Positions 14,694 through 16,224 of a stretch of 16,224 bases of DNA are shown one piece after another. The stretch is from Myxococcota bacterium (GTDB lineage: Bacteria > Myxococcota_A > UBA796 > GCA-2862545). The DNA is taken from positions 1 to 16,224 of the forward strand of contig JBCCQY010000190.1 of the NCBI GenBank assembly GCA_039208735.1, in the 5' to 3' direction. Made by a program: the position numbers and the translations under genes. Position 1 is the first letter of the stretch. Each line of letters starts with the position of its first letter. The notes under the pieces were generated by a model. It saw nothing but the letters and a program-made list of their open reading frames with translations. It was not told where the DNA came from and made no database searches.

Positions 14694-15881
14694 TCAGTTG
14701 GGCGGAATGGGCGTTTCACCACGACCCGCGGATCGGGCCTGCCGTACGCGTTTGGGGAGCCATCCCTCCGCCCCGTCCGGAGCCGTCGTCGCCGCATCGA
14801 GCCGCTGGCGAAGCTCCGACATCACTTCCTTGCGGTGGGCATCAATGAGCCGCCCTGGACGCTGCCGCAACGCCCATTCCGCCACATAGACCCGGCGTGC
14901 CCAAGCGTCGATCAGCCGATCGTTGCGCTCCTTCAAAGAGACTCTCGAGAGTCCCTCCGCGGCCAACACCTCGAAAAAGAGGTCCTTCACCAGATGGTCA
15001 GCTACCGTCGCTTCTCCGAAGAGAGAGGTAAGGACCTCCACCATTTTGGAATCTTCGACCACCCTCCAAAGCCGATACTCGAGGCCCTCGGTCGGCGTCT
15101 TGGCCCAACGCGGCCCCTCCGTCCTGTGCCAGGAGAGATCAGACTCGCGCAAGCTTTGCTTGCTGCTGTTCTGATTTCGCGCAAGCTTCGCTTGCCGCTG
15201 ATCACCTTCGAAATGCGGCAGAAGCTCCGCAAACTCCTCCCAGTTCATCGCCCTCGCCTGTTCGAGTTTGCGTTGATGCGCTTCGTTGAAGCACAGCCAA
15301 ACCCCCCGATAAAGCGTTGCATGGTCGGGCGTCATCGACATGCCGAGCTGTTGAAATCGCATGGCCTCCGAACACTTACGCCGACGGACAGCCGCAACCG
15401 CCTCGAACTGGAAGGGGCCTCCAGGGGGCGGCTGCAGGTACCGGGTCGGACGGGTCGGGAGTCGTCGGGGAGGAGGGGGGAGCCTGGGGTCGAACAACGG
15501 CAACGGCTCGTTCGGGGGGACGACGGAGGCCAGAGCCTCGGGTTTACGAGCGCCTGCCTCGACCGTCGCTGCGCCCCGTCGTTCTTCTGGCAGGAGTTGC
15601 ACAAAACCGCTCGCCGCAACCACGAATAGGGCCAACGCAGCCAGCGCCCACGGCATCCATCGTCGCACGATGGGTCTCCAGGAGGGACGAGGCATGACCC
15701 GATCCGCCAGGCCGTCGGGCACCGGCTCGCGAGGCAGATCGGTAGCCACGAAGCGCGCATCGAAGGCCGATCGCAAGTCAGGGTGGACATCCAAGGCCCG
15801 CGCGAGGTCATCCGGCAGATCGTCCTGATCGGGATCCCAGGCCTCCAGGCGTCGACGAAGCTCGTTCAGTTCGGCGGTCAT
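14694..15881 (-). CDS. Putative membrane anti-sigma factor with large extracytoplasmic domain
   Basis: ATGA-coupled to the upstream ECF sigma; N-terminus aligns with the 6071 anti-sigma (DP..LPD-x16-DARF, PWAL); one TM helix; Pro-rich linker; helical C-terminal domain of about 240 aa. Confidence 0.75.
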   Translation of the reverse strand: MTAELNELRRRLEAWDPDQDDLPDDLARALDVHPDLRSAFDARFVATDLPREPVPDGLADRVMPRPSWRPIVRRWMPWALAALALFVVAASGFVQLLPEERRGAATVEAGARKPEALASVVPPNEPLPLFDPRLPPPPRRLPTRPTRYLQPPPGGPFQFEAVAAVRRRKCSEAMRFQQLGMSMTPDHATLYRGVWLCFNEAHQRKLEQARAMNWEEFAELLPHFEGDQRQAKLARNQNSSKQSLRESDLSWHRTEGPRWAKTPTEGLEYRLWRVVEDSKMVEVLTSLFGEATVADHLVKDLFFEVLAAEGLSRVSLKERNDRLIDAWARRVYVAEWALRQRPGRLIDAHRKEVMSELRQRLDAATTAPDGAEGWLPKRVRQARSAGRGETPIPPN

Positions 15882-16224
15882 CGAATCACCCCCTGTTCGA
15901 GGGCCAGGGGAGCCAGCAACTGGCGAAGCGCCCGACGAGCCCGGGCCACTCGGCTTGCGGCCGTACCCTCAGCGATCCCAAGGATCGACGCGGTTTCAGC
16001 GAAGGTGTGCCCCTGACCATCGACCAACCACACGGCCTCGCGCTGACCAGCGGGAAGTTGGTCCATCGCTGCGGCAATCTGGCGGCCGAGCTGCTGGCCT
16101 ATGAGTCGATGCTCGGGCTCCTCCTGGGTCGAGCGTCGCTCGGCCACTCGCTCAGGTGTCATAGGTTCCTCCTTGCGTTTCGTCTGCTGATCGAGCCAGG
16201 TGGTGTAGATGACCCGGCTTTGCC
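15878..16224 (-). CDS. ECF RNA polymerase sigma factor, 5' end truncated by the window edge
   Basis: Region 4: LPAGQREAVWLVDGQGHTFAETASILGIAEGTAASRVARARRALR. The frame stays open upstream of ATG 16162 to the window edge (QSRVIYTTWLDQQTKRKEEP), which reads as the end of region 2. Confidence 0.9.
   Translation of the reverse strand, partial: QSRVIYTTWLDQQTKRKEEPMTPERVAERRSTQEEPEHRLIGQQLGRQIAAAMDQLPAGQREAVWLVDGQGHTFAETASILGIAEGTAASRVARARRALRQLLAPLALEQGVIR

Noticed and set aside
15413..15490. G-run-rich tract resembling a G-quadruplex
   Set aside because: Explained by Pro codons of the anti-sigma linker on the - strand.
15878..16162. Stand-alone 94-aa sigma region-4 gene
   Set aside because: The frame is open to the window edge with region-2-like residues, so it is treated as a truncated full ECF sigma.
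1..16224. CRISPR arrays, tRNA/rRNA, IS elements, tandem DNA repeats
   Set aside because: None seen by eye; nearly all sequence is explained by protein-coding genes. A covariance-model scan was not possible.

Overview
GC-rich, densely coding bacterial window. A Myxococcota-like or similar origin is inferred from gene content (many lipoproteins, FHA regulator, TIGR02996-type protein, paired ECF sigma/anti-sigma modules), not from a database search. From left to right: a partial APH/choline-kinase-fold phosphotransferase (- strand, missing from the ORF track); an MFS transporter; a secreted/membrane hypothetical protein; a co-directional + strand cluster (OB-fold lipoprotein, CrtL-type lycopene cyclase, thioredoxin-like lipoprotein, ECF sigma, Zn-type membrane anti-sigma) preceded by a GGAAC-N16-CGTC ECF-type promoter; a beta-helix surface lipoprotein; two divergent, structurally degenerate SDR-fold genes; a hypothetical protein; an FHA/winged-helix regulator; and a - strand cluster (partial second ECF sigma, membrane anti-sigma, M19/SCDase-like amidohydrolase lipoprotein, TIGR02996 protein). 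The best candidate for an undescribed system is the ECF module that appears to link envelope thiol-redox sensing to carotenoid cyclisation. A second highlight is that the two anti-sigma factors share an ungapped N-terminal motif, yet one has lost the zinc-ligand motif. I saw no RNA genes, CRISPR arrays or mobile elements.
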